A stretch of DNA of 64,000 bases, taken from an uncultured bacterium (lineage in GTDB: Bacteria > Krumholzibacteriota > Krumholzibacteriia > LZORAL124-64-63). The stretch covers positions 32,001 to 96,000 of the forward strand of contig CAVSZB010000003.1 in NCBI GenBank assembly GCA_963732385.1. Direction: 5' to 3'. This document shows positions 22,240 to 32,239 of the stretch, piece after piece (position 1 is the first letter of the stretch; every line of letters starts with the position of its first letter). Below the pieces are notes generated by a model. The model was not told the DNA's origin. It saw only the letters and a list, made by a program, of their open reading frames with translations, and ran no database searches. Both the position numbers and the translations under genes were made by a program.

Positions 22240-22674
22240 ATGACCCGGTTTCGAGCTCGTTCGGTGCGAGAGGCATCCCGTCCGCGGAGGCGGCGATGCG
22301 GGCGACCGCTTTCGCAGTGCGGCACGCCGCCCGATCGCGGGGGCTTTACGCTCATCGAAATCCTGATCGTCATGGCGATCCTGAGCATCGGGATCGTCCC
22401 GCTGGCGGTTGTGCAGTCGAGTGCGCGCCGCGAGGTGAACCACGCGGACCGCTACACCCAGGCGATCGCCCTGGCCCAGAGCCGGATCGAGCAGGCCAAG
22501 GGGGCCGGCTTCGGCAGCGCCGTGCCCGACTCGGGCAACGTGGGCCAGCTGCGCTGGGTGGCCGACGTCCAGAACGTCTCCTTCGGCATGAACCAGGTCG
22601 GTGTGACCGTGACGTGGAACGACGGTCGCGTGAACCAGACGCTCCGCATGGTGTCGCTCGTATCAATGCGCTGA
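22240..22674 (+). CDS. Type IV minor pilin PilV-like
   Basis: GG|FTLIEILIVMAILSIG, QAIALAQSRIEQ, VTVTW. Confidence 0.82.
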   Translation: MTRFRARSVREASRPRRRRCGRPLSQCGTPPDRGGFTLIEILIVMAILSIGIVPLAVVQSSARREVNHADRYTQAIALAQSRIEQAKGAGFGSAVPDSGNVGQLRWVADVQNVSFGMNQVGVTVTWNDGRVNQTLRMVSLVSMR

Positions 22675-22685
22675 AAGGGGGGGCC

Positions 22686-23276
22686 GTGAAGACATTTCGA
22701 GGTATTGCGCCGCTGACTGACCGCCGCGGCCTGACCCTGGTGGAAATGATGGTGGCGATCGCCATGTTCGGCGTCGCGATGGGGGTCATCTTCGGCTTCA
22801 TGACCAGATCGCGCCGCAGCTACACCGATATGAGCGCCCGCGTCGAGTACCAGCAGAACGTGCGGGGGGTTCTTGGCCTGGTGTCGCGCGAGGTTCGATC
22901 GGCAGGCTGCGATCCAACCAGCGCCGGCTTCAACACCTTCCCGCTGGCCGACGCGACGAGTTTCCAATGCCGCATGGATCTTGACGGCGACGGCACCATC
23001 GAGGCGGTGGAGCCGGCCGAGGACGTCAGCTACACCTACGTCGCCAACACCCGAGAACTGCTGCGGGATTCCGGCTCCGGAGCGCAGGTGATCCTGCGCA
23101 ACGTGACGGCGGTGGACTTCCGCTACTTCGACGCCGCGGGCGCAGAACTGATGGCGCGCCCGCTCATCGCCACGGACCGGGCCCAAATCCGCTTCATGGA
23201 AATCAACATCGCCGGTGAATCCAAGCAGGGGGAACCACTGAATTATGTAACGCGCGTCTTCGTCCGCAACGGTTGA
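22686..23276 (+). CDS. Type IV minor pilin PilW-like
   Basis: GTG start; RG|LTLVEMMVA, QQNVR...REVRSAG, C-terminal VRN. Confidence 0.85.
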   Translation: MKTFRGIAPLTDRRGLTLVEMMVAIAMFGVAMGVIFGFMTRSRRSYTDMSARVEYQQNVRGVLGLVSREVRSAGCDPTSAGFNTFPLADATSFQCRMDLDGDGTIEAVEPAEDVSYTYVANTRELLRDSGSGAQVILRNVTAVDFRYFDAAGAELMARPLIATDRAQIRFMEINIAGESKQGEPLNYVTRVFVRNG

Positions 23277-23320
23277 AGCGGCCGGCGGTGTCGCCGGACG
23301 CAGGGAAGGCAGGACCTCGC

Positions 23321-23776
23321 ATGACTTCTCATACCTCGCCGCAACCGGGGCGGGAGGGCTTTGCGCTCGTGGCGACCCTCCTGATCCTCCTGGTGCTGAC
23401 CGTCATTGCGGTGGGCGCCAGCTGGCTGGCCTCCTCCGAACACAAGGCGACGACGGCCGAATCCGTCCACGTGCGCGCCCTCTTCTCGGCGGACGCCGGG
23501 GGTGAGGCGGCCATCAACTTCATCCGCCTGGCCGACGACCCGCCGCCGATCACCGATTTCGCCGATATGACGGTGCGGACCCAGGGCATCACCAGCATCG
23601 ACGCAAGTCAGAACTACCGGTACGGCTGCCGCTTTCTGCGCAAACGGCCCAAGGCGGGCTGGGGTACGGACTACCTGGACTACGAGTACGCGGTGGATGC
23701 CGCCGGTACGACCGGCAGGCAGGGCAACAGCGCCGTGCAGGTCGTTGCCAGCAGGCTGTATCGGGAGGGCTACTAG
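23321..23776 (+). CDS. Type IV minor pilin PilX-like
   Basis: EG|FALVATLLILLVLT (no Glu5, typical of PilX), RALFSADAG motif. Confidence 0.82.
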   Translation: MTSHTSPQPGREGFALVATLLILLVLTVIAVGASWLASSEHKATTAESVHVRALFSADAGGEAAINFIRLADDPPPITDFADMTVRTQGITSIDASQNYRYGCRFLRKRPKAGWGTDYLDYEYAVDAAGTTGRQGNSAVQVVASRLYREGY

Positions 23777-23845
23777 CGGCCGCGGCGCGGCCGCGTCCGG
23801 ATTGCCCATAGACGATCACGGGGCAAGCTAACGAGGGGTGTCATC

Positions 23846-26641
23846 ATGCATGCGAGCACAGGAGGGAAGCGGCGGGCACCCGGCCCGTGGCTGTTTCTGG
23901 TGGCCGGCGTTGCGGCGGGGCTATGTCTGCCGACCCTGGCGGCGGCGCAGGGGTGCGAAGTGCCGCTGTTCGTCAAACAGGGCTCGGTCGACGCCAATGT
24001 CATGATCCTGTTCGACAACTCTGGATCGATGAACGAGGCGATGTTCCACGCAGGCTACGACCCGAACGTGGAGTACGGGGGCCTGGGGGGGAGCACGACG
24101 CTCCGCTTCGTGCCCGACACCATATACTATGTGGCGACTGACGGTCTCCGCTCGGCGCGCAGCTTCATCGGAACGCTACCGTCCACGCCGACGGCCTACC
24201 TCGTCAATTCCGACGGCGGCCAGAACGGCCGCTACTACGGCAATTACCTGAACTGGATCTACTTCAATGCCTCGAACGGAGAGCGCAATGCGATCCCGCG
24301 GGTCACGCGCGTGCAGGTGGCGAAGATGGTCACGACCGACATCATCAAGCGCTCGCGCAACGTGCGTTTCGGTCTGACCCGCTTCAACAACGACGATGGC
24401 GGCACCGTCGTGGCCAACTGCGGGACCGACACCGTGACCCTGCGCAAGACCGTCAACCTCGTGTCGGCGACCACCTGGACGCCCACGGGCGAGACAATGG
24501 AAGACATCCTCGACTACTTCAAGGGCACGGGCGCCAACCGGCCGATCCAGCAGCCGTGCCAGTACAACTTCCTGATCGTCATGACCGACGGATTCCCCAC
24601 CTACGACCTTGGCGTCAGTGCCTACCTGCGCGATGCCGACCATGACGGGCGCGACCCGGGCACCTGCGCTTCCCTCGGCGCGCCATATCCCGAGACGAAC
24701 TACTGCAGCGACTACATGGACGACGTAGCCTACTACTTGCGCCACAACGACCTGCGCACCGACGAGGGGATGCCGGGCGACCAGACCGTCATCACCTACA
24801 CGATCGGCTTTGGCCTCGACGGCGGGATCCTGCGCGAGACGGCCGTCAACGGCGACGGCATGTACCTGCTCGCCAGCAATGCCGCCGAGCTGTGGCTGAG
24901 CCTGTCGCGGATCATGCAGGACATCGTGACGAAAATCTCGTCCGGCGCGGCCGTGGCCGTCGTGTCGACCGAGCGTGGCGACAACGATCGGCTATACCGC
25001 GGCAAGTTCATGCCGGGGCTGTGGCGCGGCTTCCTGGAGGCCTTCGACCTGCCGTACGAGACGGGCGAGAGCGCGGCCTGGGAAGCCGGCGCGATTCTGG
25101 CCGACCGCGATCCGGACACGCGCGAAATCTTCACCTTCTACGACGGCGAACGCCTCGACTGGGACGCCTCCAACGGCCCCCTGCTGGCGCGCGCCATGGG
25201 CTTCGATGACGCCGATTCCGCCTCCTATATGATGCAGTGGACCCGGGGCCAGCCCAGCGACGGTCGCCGCGAACGTGACGGCTGGGTCCTGGGCGACATC
25301 ATCCACTCCACCCCCGTAGTGGTCGGCGCGCCGAGCTATTTTAACACGGACCCGGACTACCAGACCTTCATGCAGACGAACCATGACCGTCCGCGCACCA
25401 TCTACGTGGGGGCCAACGACGGCATGCTCCACGCCTTCAGCGCCGAGAACGGCGAGGAGTTGTGGGCCTTCGTGCCGCAATTCGTCCTGCCGAAGCTCAA
25501 GACGATCGCCGACTCGGCCTACTGTCACACCTATACGGTCGACCTGACCCCCTCCATCCGCGATGTGAAGATCGGCCATACTTGGAAGACCGTGCTCGTG
25601 GGAGGCGGACGGGAGGGCGGTAGCGCCTACTTCGCCCTCGACGTGACCGATCCGGCGGCGCCGGTCGTGATGTGGGAAACCGATCTGGCCGGCTATGGAG
25701 ATTCCTGGTCCGAGGCCGAGTTCGCGCGCGTGGCCGACCGCTCGGTTGTACTGGTCGGTTCCGGTCTCGACGCAACCACCCGGCGCGCCTGGCTGAATGT
25801 CCTCGATCTCGAGACCGGCCAGCAGCTCGGCAACATCCTGCTGAGCACCGGCAACAGCGGCCGCAACATGGCCACCACTCCGCGCGCCGTCGATATGGAT
25901 TTCGACGGCAATACCGATGTCGTCTACATCGGAGATCTGCTCGGCAACATGTGGCGCTTCGGCCTCGACAACGACAGCGACCCCGGCAGTTGGGAATTGA
26001 CCCGCCTGTTTGCGGCCGGCCAGCCGATCACGGCGCAGCCGGCCACCGCCTTCGCCGACGAGACCCGCCTGTTCGTCTACTTCGGCACCGGCGCGTACCT
26101 GACCGAAGATGATGTTACGACCACCAGCCAGAACAGCTTCTACTGCGTCCGCGACGACAACTCCGGCGGCAGCTACACGCGCACGGATCTGGACGACCAG
26201 ACCAGCGATCCGGACAACACCATTGGCGATGCAAGCGGCTGGTTCGTCGACCTGTGGGGCGGCCTTGGCGAGCGCGTGACCGAGCGCGCCGTGGTCGCGG
26301 CGAACAACGTCTACTTCACCGCTTTCTCGCCCAGCGGCGAGGCGTGCCAGGCGGGCGGTACGTCGTGGTTCTACCACATGAGCTACAACAGTGGCGGCGC
26401 GCCCATGGTCGACGACGATTTCGAGGGCACGGCCACCGCGGAGCGGTCCGAGGATCTGGGCGAGGGGGTGGCCTCCCGCCCGGTGCTCGACATCGTGAAC
26501 GAGAGCATCATCGTCCAGTCGAGCAACGCCACGATCGCGGTCCAGGACATCGGCCAGGCGATCTTCCACCTGTCCGTACGTTCCTGGCAGGAGAACTTCG
26601 ACGGCGCAACGCAGGCGACCCCCGAAACGCCGTTGCCGTAG
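23846..26641 (+). CDS. pilY1: Type IV pilus tip adhesin PilY1/PilC (vWA + beta-propeller)
   Basis: Signal peptide, MIDAS LFDNSGSM, LGDIIHSTP, IYVGANDGMLHAF, ELWAFVP, Ca loop DMDFDGNTD, VYFGTG. Confidence 0.92.
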   Translation: MHASTGGKRRAPGPWLFLVAGVAAGLCLPTLAAAQGCEVPLFVKQGSVDANVMILFDNSGSMNEAMFHAGYDPNVEYGGLGGSTTLRFVPDTIYYVATDGLRSARSFIGTLPSTPTAYLVNSDGGQNGRYYGNYLNWIYFNASNGERNAIPRVTRVQVAKMVTTDIIKRSRNVRFGLTRFNNDDGGTVVANCGTDTVTLRKTVNLVSATTWTPTGETMEDILDYFKGTGANRPIQQPCQYNFLIVMTDGFPTYDLGVSAYLRDADHDGRDPGTCASLGAPYPETNYCSDYMDDVAYYLRHNDLRTDEGMPGDQTVITYTIGFGLDGGILRETAVNGDGMYLLASNAAELWLSLSRIMQDIVTKISSGAAVAVVSTERGDNDRLYRGKFMPGLWRGFLEAFDLPYETGESAAWEAGAILADRDPDTREIFTFYDGERLDWDASNGPLLARAMGFDDADSASYMMQWTRGQPSDGRRERDGWVLGDIIHSTPVVVGAPSYFNTDPDYQTFMQTNHDRPRTIYVGANDGMLHAFSAENGEELWAFVPQFVLPKLKTIADSAYCHTYTVDLTPSIRDVKIGHTWKTVLVGGGREGGSAYFALDVTDPAAPVVMWETDLAGYGDSWSEAEFARVADRSVVLVGSGLDATTRRAWLNVLDLETGQQLGNILLSTGNSGRNMATTPRAVDMDFDGNTDVVYIGDLLGNMWRFGLDNDSDPGSWELTRLFAAGQPITAQPATAFADETRLFVYFGTGAYLTEDDVTTTSQNSFYCVRDDNSGGSYTRTDLDDQTSDPDNTIGDASGWFVDLWGGLGERVTERAVVAANNVYFTAFSPSGEACQAGGTSWFYHMSYNSGGAPMVDDDFEGTATAERSEDLGEGVASRPVLDIVNESIIVQSSNATIAVQDIGQAIFHLSVRSWQENFDGATQATPETPLP

Positions 26642-26698
26642 CGACGACCGGGAGGCGGGGCGCCTCGCGTCCCGCCCCGGCCGCCGCAGGGAGGAACC

Positions 26699-27175
26699 AT
26701 GCTGAACTTCAGATCGACACTCCGCTTCGGACCGGCCGCCCTGCTGCTACTGGCGCTGTTGGCCATGGCGGCGATCTCCGTGACCGGCTTTACGAAGGAC
26801 CTGCGCCGCGCGAAGCCAGACCGCCGCAGCGTGGCCGCCCGTGGTCACCTCAGCACGGCGCCGATGACGATGATCGAGGGGGTCCTGTCGCGCGGGTACG
26901 ACGGCGCCTGGAGCCTCAACGGCCGAACGGTCCGCCTCGAGCGCAACTGCTCGTTTCTCAACCAGACCCGCGCCGACGGCAGCGGCGGCCCTGAGTCCGG
27001 CGACCGCGTGGTTCTGATGGGGTACCCCCGCGCCGGCCACTTCCTGGCCTACAGCGGCCTGATCCTTCAGGATCCCGGCGAAGAAACGCCCCCCAACGAT
27101 GCCTCCAAGGACCTCGTGCGCTGGAGCGAAACCGACCCGACGGTCGGCGAAGCGGATCCGAACATTCCCAAGTAG
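26699..27175 (+). CDS. Hypothetical exported protein (possible OB-fold/DUF5666-like)
   Basis: GGAGG RBS, N-terminal hydrophobic segment, W..NGRTV...GDRVVLMG pattern. Confidence 0.6.
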   Translation: MLNFRSTLRFGPAALLLLALLAMAAISVTGFTKDLRRAKPDRRSVAARGHLSTAPMTMIEGVLSRGYDGAWSLNGRTVRLERNCSFLNQTRADGSGGPESGDRVVLMGYPRAGHFLAYSGLILQDPGEETPPNDASKDLVRWSETDPTVGEADPNIPK

Positions 27176-27310
27176 GGGGTGGCTCCGGCCCGCCCGGCAA
27201 AGAGACGCGTGAACGCCGTGCCCAGTGGGGGCGCGGCGTCCGCGCGTCGGTGCCCTCCCCTACGTCGAGATCCCATCGCCTCCAGTGGTCATCCGGGTTA
27301 AGCTGCCCTC

Positions 27311-27955
27311 ATGGCTCGTGAGCGTGAACTCAAGTATGACCTCGGAAACGAGGCGGCGACCCGGCGCGTGGAAGCGCTGCTGGGACCGGCTCCGGGCGGG
27401 CGGCTGCAGCAGAACCGGTTCTTCGACACCCCGGACGGACGGTTGCGGGCGCAGCTCTGGGCGTTGAGGTTGCGGGCCGAGTGGGAGGTGGGCGGGGAGG
27501 TCGATCTGCCGGACGACGGGGCTGCGCCAGGTCGGGCGCCCGACCGCGTGATCCTCGGCCTTAAGGGGGCTCGCGCGGGGAGCGGGGCGTTTTACGATCG
27601 GCAGGAGGAGGAGCGGGAAGAGGGGGCGGATTTCTGGACGCGCAGGGCATTGGCTGGCGACGACCTTCCGGCGTCGTGGCGGGCGCTGTTGCCGCCGCTG
27701 GGGGAGTCCCTCGCCGAGGGGGCCCGCTTCGCCAATCTGCGCCGCGCCTACCCTCTGACCGGGGCCTGGCGGGCCGAGGTCGACCGTACCCTGTTCGGCG
27801 ACGGGCGTCGGGCCTGGGAGGTGGAGGTCGAGATCGGGATCGACGACGACCCCGAGGCGGTGCGTACGGTGCTCGAGGCGCTGCTGGCGCGGGCCGGAGT
27901 GCCGACCGTACCTCAAGGGAAATCGAAACTTGAGCGGGCCCTGGCGGTGGATTGA
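27311..27955 (+). CDS. CYTH domain protein
   Basis: ExExK motif ERELKY, QNRFFDTPD..L, ALRLR, EVEVE, SKLERAL. Confidence 0.9.
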   Translation: MARERELKYDLGNEAATRRVEALLGPAPGGRLQQNRFFDTPDGRLRAQLWALRLRAEWEVGGEVDLPDDGAAPGRAPDRVILGLKGARAGSGAFYDRQEEEREEGADFWTRRALAGDDLPASWRALLPPLGESLAEGARFANLRRAYPLTGAWRAEVDRTLFGDGRRAWEVEVEIGIDDDPEAVRTVLEALLARAGVPTVPQGKSKLERALAVD

Positions 27956-28114
27956 GGGCCGATCGGGCGGCACTTCCCGACCGCTGACACCGCTTGCTTT
28001 TTCCCCTCCGCTTCGCCACGATTATGGTCGATTCGCGTGCGGCGGACGGCCGCCCCTGTCCGCCTGCAGCGCGCGGTCGGTCCCATGTCCGTCCATCCGG
28101 CCCGGGAGGCTTCC

Positions 28115-29188
28115 ATGAACATCGCGATCACGCGGCACGCCAGCCCGCCGTCTCCGGCGACGGAAAATTTCGGCTTCGGGAAGATCTTCACGCCCCACAT
28201 GTTCAAAATGGAGTATGCGGACGGGCAGTGGAAGAACCCGCGGATCGAGCCGTACGGACCGCTGGTTCTCGATCCGGCAGCCAAGGTGCTGCACTATGGG
28301 CAGGAGATCTTCGAGGGGATGAAGGCGTACCGCAACCCGCGGGACGGGTCGGTGCACATGTTCCGGCCGGACCGGAACATCCGTCGCTTCACAATCTCCT
28401 GCGGGCGCATGTGCATGCCGGAGGTCGACCAGAAGCTGTTCATGGAGGCGCTCGAGCAGTTGATCGACCTGGACCGCGCCTGGGTTCCCGAGTCGCCCGA
28501 CGCGCTCTACATCCGGCCCACGATGATCGCCACCCAGTTCGGGCTCGGCGTCAAAGCGTCGACTGATTATCTCTTCTATATCATCATCGGACCGGTCGGC
28601 TCGTACTTCAAGGGGGGCATCAACCCGCTGCGCCTCAAGGCCGAGGAGAAGTACGTGCGCTCCGCCCCCGGCGGCACCGGCTATGCCAAGACCGGCGGCA
28701 ACTATGCCGCGGCGCTGTTGCCGATCAAGCTGGCCGAGACCGAGGGGTTCGACAACATCATCTGGCTCGACGCGCGCGAGCGCAAAACCGTCGAGGAGAT
28801 GGGGGCGATGAACATCGCCTTCGTCTATCCCGACCGGGTCGTCACGGCGGCCACGGGCGACACGATCCTCGACGGTGTGACCCGGGACTCAGTGAACACG
28901 CTTTGCCGCGATTTCGGACTCAACTGGGTGGAGGAGCCGCCAGCGATCGCACGCGTCTGCGCCGACGCCGATGCCGGCCGCCTCAAGGAGGTCTTCGCCT
29001 GCGGCACCGCCGCCGTGGTGACCCCCGTCGGGGTCATCCACTTCGGGCGCGAGGATCATCGCATTGGCGACGGCAAGGAGGGGCCGATCACGCGGCGCCT
29101 GCGCGAGGCCCTGTGCGAAATCCATTCCGGCACCAGCGCCCTCCATCCGGAGTGGATCTTCAGGGTGCCGGCGAGCAGGAAGGGCTGA
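28115..29188 (+). CDS. ilvE: Branched-chain amino acid aminotransferase
   Basis: FGKIFTPHM, LHYGQEIFEGMKAY, LYIRP, AKTGGNYA (PLP Lys), EEMGAMN, ILDGVTRDS, FACGTAAVVTP. Confidence 0.96.
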   Translation: MNIAITRHASPPSPATENFGFGKIFTPHMFKMEYADGQWKNPRIEPYGPLVLDPAAKVLHYGQEIFEGMKAYRNPRDGSVHMFRPDRNIRRFTISCGRMCMPEVDQKLFMEALEQLIDLDRAWVPESPDALYIRPTMIATQFGLGVKASTDYLFYIIIGPVGSYFKGGINPLRLKAEEKYVRSAPGGTGYAKTGGNYAAALLPIKLAETEGFDNIIWLDARERKTVEEMGAMNIAFVYPDRVVTAATGDTILDGVTRDSVNTLCRDFGLNWVEEPPAIARVCADADAGRLKEVFACGTAAVVTPVGVIHFGREDHRIGDGKEGPITRRLREALCEIHSGTSALHPEWIFRVPASRKG

Positions 29189-29191
29189 CCG

Positions 29192-30124
29192 ATGTCCGGT
29201 CTCCGTCTCGCGCGGCCGCTGGTCGTGTTCGACCTCGAGACCACCGGCGTGGAGATCGGACGGGACCGGATCGTCGAGATCGGGGTGGTGCGCCTCGATC
29301 CCGAAGGCAGCCGCGACGAGTGGGTGCAGCGGGTCAACCCGGAGATGCCGATTCCGCCCGGCGCCACCGCGGTGCATGGCATCACGGACGACGACGTGCG
29401 TGACATGCCGCGGCTGGCCGACATCGCCGCGCACGTGCTCTCCCTCTTCGCCGGCGCCGACGTGGCCGGCTTCAACTCCGCCTCCTTCGACCTGCCGTTT
29501 TTGGCCGCAGATCTGGAGCGGGTCGGGTGTCCGCTCGACCGGTCGTCGCTGCGCCATGTCGACGCGATGCGGATCTTCCACCTCAAGGAGCCGCGCGACC
29601 TGAGCGCAGCGCTGCGCTTCTACTGCGGACGCGAGCACGCCGGCGCTCACTCCGCCCTGGCCGACGCCCTCGCCACGCTCGACATCCTCGAGGCCCAGGT
29701 GGGCCGCTACGCCGACCTGCCGGCCGATGTCGACGGCCTGCACGCTTTCTGCGGCCAGGGGCGCGGCGTCGGGGTCGATCCTGACGGCAAGCTGATCTGG
29801 AACCCCGAGGGCGAGGCGGTCTTCACTTTCGGCAAGTTCAAGGGGCGGACGCTGCGGCAGGTGGCGGCCGAAGACGCGAGTTATCTGCGCTTCCTGCAGC
29901 GCCCGGACCTCGAAAAGCCCTTCAGCGCCGAAGTGCGCCGCCTGGCGCGCGAGGCGGCCGCGGGCCGCTTTCCCGAGCGTCCGGTGTCATCGCCGGCGTC
30001 TGAGGCGTCGGCATTGCCCGGGAAATCCGCGGCGCCGACACCACCCGTGGTCTCCGCTCCGCCCGCATCGGCGCCCGGCCGCTCCCGCCCTGGCGGCGAC
30101 AGCGGCGGGCCGACGCTCTTCTAG
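29192..30124 (+). CDS. DEDDh 3'-5' exonuclease (DnaQ-like)
   Basis: FDLETTG, GFN..SFDLPFL, AHSALAD; C-terminal TFGKFKG. Confidence 0.92.
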   Translation: MSGLRLARPLVVFDLETTGVEIGRDRIVEIGVVRLDPEGSRDEWVQRVNPEMPIPPGATAVHGITDDDVRDMPRLADIAAHVLSLFAGADVAGFNSASFDLPFLAADLERVGCPLDRSSLRHVDAMRIFHLKEPRDLSAALRFYCGREHAGAHSALADALATLDILEAQVGRYADLPADVDGLHAFCGQGRGVGVDPDGKLIWNPEGEAVFTFGKFKGRTLRQVAAEDASYLRFLQRPDLEKPFSAEVRRLAREAAAGRFPERPVSSPASEASALPGKSAAPTPPVVSAPPASAPGRSRPGGDSGGPTLF

Positions 30125-30196
30125 CCGCCGGTCAGGCCCGCGACCCGCGGGGCCGCCGGCCTTGTGCGCGGCGGACGCTTGGGCTACGCTGCCGCC

Positions 30197-30955
30197 ATGG
30201 ATCCGCACCCCGACACGCCGAACGGCGAAAGTCCTGCCTATCCGCAGACCGGCTTCTGGCCCGATTTCGAGAGCCTGCCGGTCTCGCGTGCGGAATATGT
30301 GACGGCGCTCGTCCATCTCTATCGTGGCGAACTCCAGCGGACGCTCAACTGGCGCCAGCGGCTCGACACGACCACGAACTGGGCGATCGTCGCCACCGTC
30401 GCCGTCCTCACGCTGAGCTTCCAGAATCCGGCGTTCGCCCAGGAGACGCTCATCGCCGGGATGTACGCCAATCTCGTCTTCCTGCTGCACGAGGCGCGGC
30501 GGTTTCGCTTTTTCGACGTTTACCGGGCCCGTCTGCGGATGCTGGAGGAAAATTTCTACGGACCGCTGCTGCGTCGCGATCCGCACAGCCCGATCGAGCG
30601 GTGGGGTGTCATGGTCGCCGACGATCTGCTGCGCCCGAAGTTCAAGATCACGTTCCTGCAGGCGATGCGGGCGCGCCTGCGGCGCAACTACTCCTACGTG
30701 TTCGTCTTTCTGCTGATGGCGTGGCTATTGCGGCGTCTCTCCGCGGGAGCGGAGGCGAACTCCGCGCTCGGCGCCGCGCTCAACCAGTTCGCGCTTGCCG
30801 GCGTGGAAACCTGGCTGCCGTTCGTGCTCGTAGCTGTGCTCTACGCGTTCCTGGCTGGCGTGGTCCTGTTCACGCCGGCGCCGCGCCCCCCTGAGATCGG
30901 GTATTGGCCCGATCCGAGCCACCCTGGCGAGGACGTGCCGGGCCTCGACGTCTGA
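30197..30955 (+). CDS. DUF2270-family membrane protein
   Basis: HLYRGE...WRQRLDTTTNWAI, EARRFRFFDVYRARLRMLEENF, RLRRNY. Confidence 0.88.
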   Translation: MDPHPDTPNGESPAYPQTGFWPDFESLPVSRAEYVTALVHLYRGELQRTLNWRQRLDTTTNWAIVATVAVLTLSFQNPAFAQETLIAGMYANLVFLLHEARRFRFFDVYRARLRMLEENFYGPLLRRDPHSPIERWGVMVADDLLRPKFKITFLQAMRARLRRNYSYVFVFLLMAWLLRRLSAGAEANSALGAALNQFALAGVETWLPFVLVAVLYAFLAGVVLFTPAPRPPEIGYWPDPSHPGEDVPGLDV

Positions 30956-30967
30956 CCGGTCCCCGCC

Positions 30968-31846
30968 TCACGCGGACAGCAGGCGCACCGATTTCAACTC
31001 GCCCGTCAGGGCGAGGATGTGCTCCTCAACGACCAGATCGCTGCGCCCTGACGCCGCCAGTGCCTGCCGCGCCAGCTGCGCCAGCCCGCCGCAGCACGGC
31101 ACATCCATGATGACGACGATCGCTTTCGGGATGCTCGGTTCGGCGAGGATCCCGGCCAGCTTCTCCGCGTACGGCGCCGTGTTATCGAGCTTCGGACAGG
31201 CGACGACCACCCCGCGTCCGCGCAGGTAGCGCTGGTGCACCTCCGCGGAGGCAAGCGGCCCGCAGGTGCTCATGATGACCAGTTCGCGGTCCCTGAAGAA
31301 CGGCGCGCCCGGCCGCACGAGGTGCAGCTGCACCGGCCATTGCTGCAGTTCGGACGGGATGATGACCGGGCCGCCCGGGGCGGTCGGGGCGCCGACCGGG
31401 CTGGCGGCGGGCGCGCCCACCGCCATGGCCAGGGGCCGCGGCGCCGCGGCGGGGACCGTGCGCTTCAGCTCGCGCTGGGCGGAGCCGGGACAGCCGCCGC
31501 CCGTGTGCGGCTCGGCGTGCGGCATCCTGCCGGGGGTCACCCCAGGGCCGCCCCCGGCGTGGCGCGCCTGCGCCTCCTCGTAGCGGCGGACCGCCTCCTC
31601 GCCGCCGGTGGCGCGGAGATTTTCCACCGTGGCCCGCTCGTCGTACGCCGGGGCTTCGCGCGCCACGATCTGCAACGCGCCGGTGTGGCAGGTTCCGATG
31701 CAGTCGCCGAAGCCGTCGCAGAAGTCGGCCTTCACCAGCTTCGCCTTGCCGTCGACGATCCGGATCGCCCCTTCGGCGCAGCCGATCGCGCAGTCGCCGC
31801 AACCGTCGCACAGGGTTTCGTCAATCTCGATGATCTTGCGGAGCAT
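30968..31846 (-). CDS. 4Fe-4S ferredoxin-domain protein (family often linked to hcp)
   Basis: CDGCGDCAIGC, CDGFGDCIGTC, GGCPGS, SELQQWPVQLHLV, CPKLD, VPCCGGL; start ATG 31846. Confidence 0.88.
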   Translation of the reverse strand: MLRKIIEIDETLCDGCGDCAIGCAEGAIRIVDGKAKLVKADFCDGFGDCIGTCHTGALQIVAREAPAYDERATVENLRATGGEEAVRRYEEAQARHAGGGPGVTPGRMPHAEPHTGGGCPGSAQRELKRTVPAAAPRPLAMAVGAPAASPVGAPTAPGGPVIIPSELQQWPVQLHLVRPGAPFFRDRELVIMSTCGPLASAEVHQRYLRGRGVVVACPKLDNTAPYAEKLAGILAEPSIPKAIVVIMDVPCCGGLAQLARQALAASGRSDLVVEEHILALTGELKSVRLLSA

Positions 31847-31960
31847 CCGCCCCTCCCCTGGAATTATGGACTTTACTTTCGCCATTACACAATCGGCACA
31901 AAATCGGACTAAATCAAGCCATTTTTGGGGGGCGTCGGGAGGGGGGGCCGGAAACGCGTA

Positions 31961-32051
31961 CTTACAGAGACTACTACAAGTGCAAAAAGTGCGCAGAAAT
32001 GGCAGACGCGGCGGGCCGCGCACTTTTTGCTCCCGCAGCAGTCTCTGCAAG
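31961..32051 (-). repeat. 34-bp imperfect inverted repeat, predicted long RNA hairpin on the minus strand
   Basis: Arms 31961-31994 and 32018-32051; 28/34 Watson-Crick, 5 positions G-U on the minus-strand RNA, 1 true mismatch. Confidence 0.8.
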
Positions 32052-32239
32052 GAAGGAGTCCGGCAGGGGTGTCGCCCGGCAGACCTGCCCGTCACCGCTG
32101 GTGCCCGGCACGCCAGCCGGCAAGCCAGCCCGTCACCGGCGCCAGCCTGCAGGCCCGCCCGGCGCCCAAAGGAACGGGCGACCCTCGGGCCGCCCGTCCT
32201 CGCATTTGACCGTCCGCGTGATTACGGGCGCGTCGGCGT

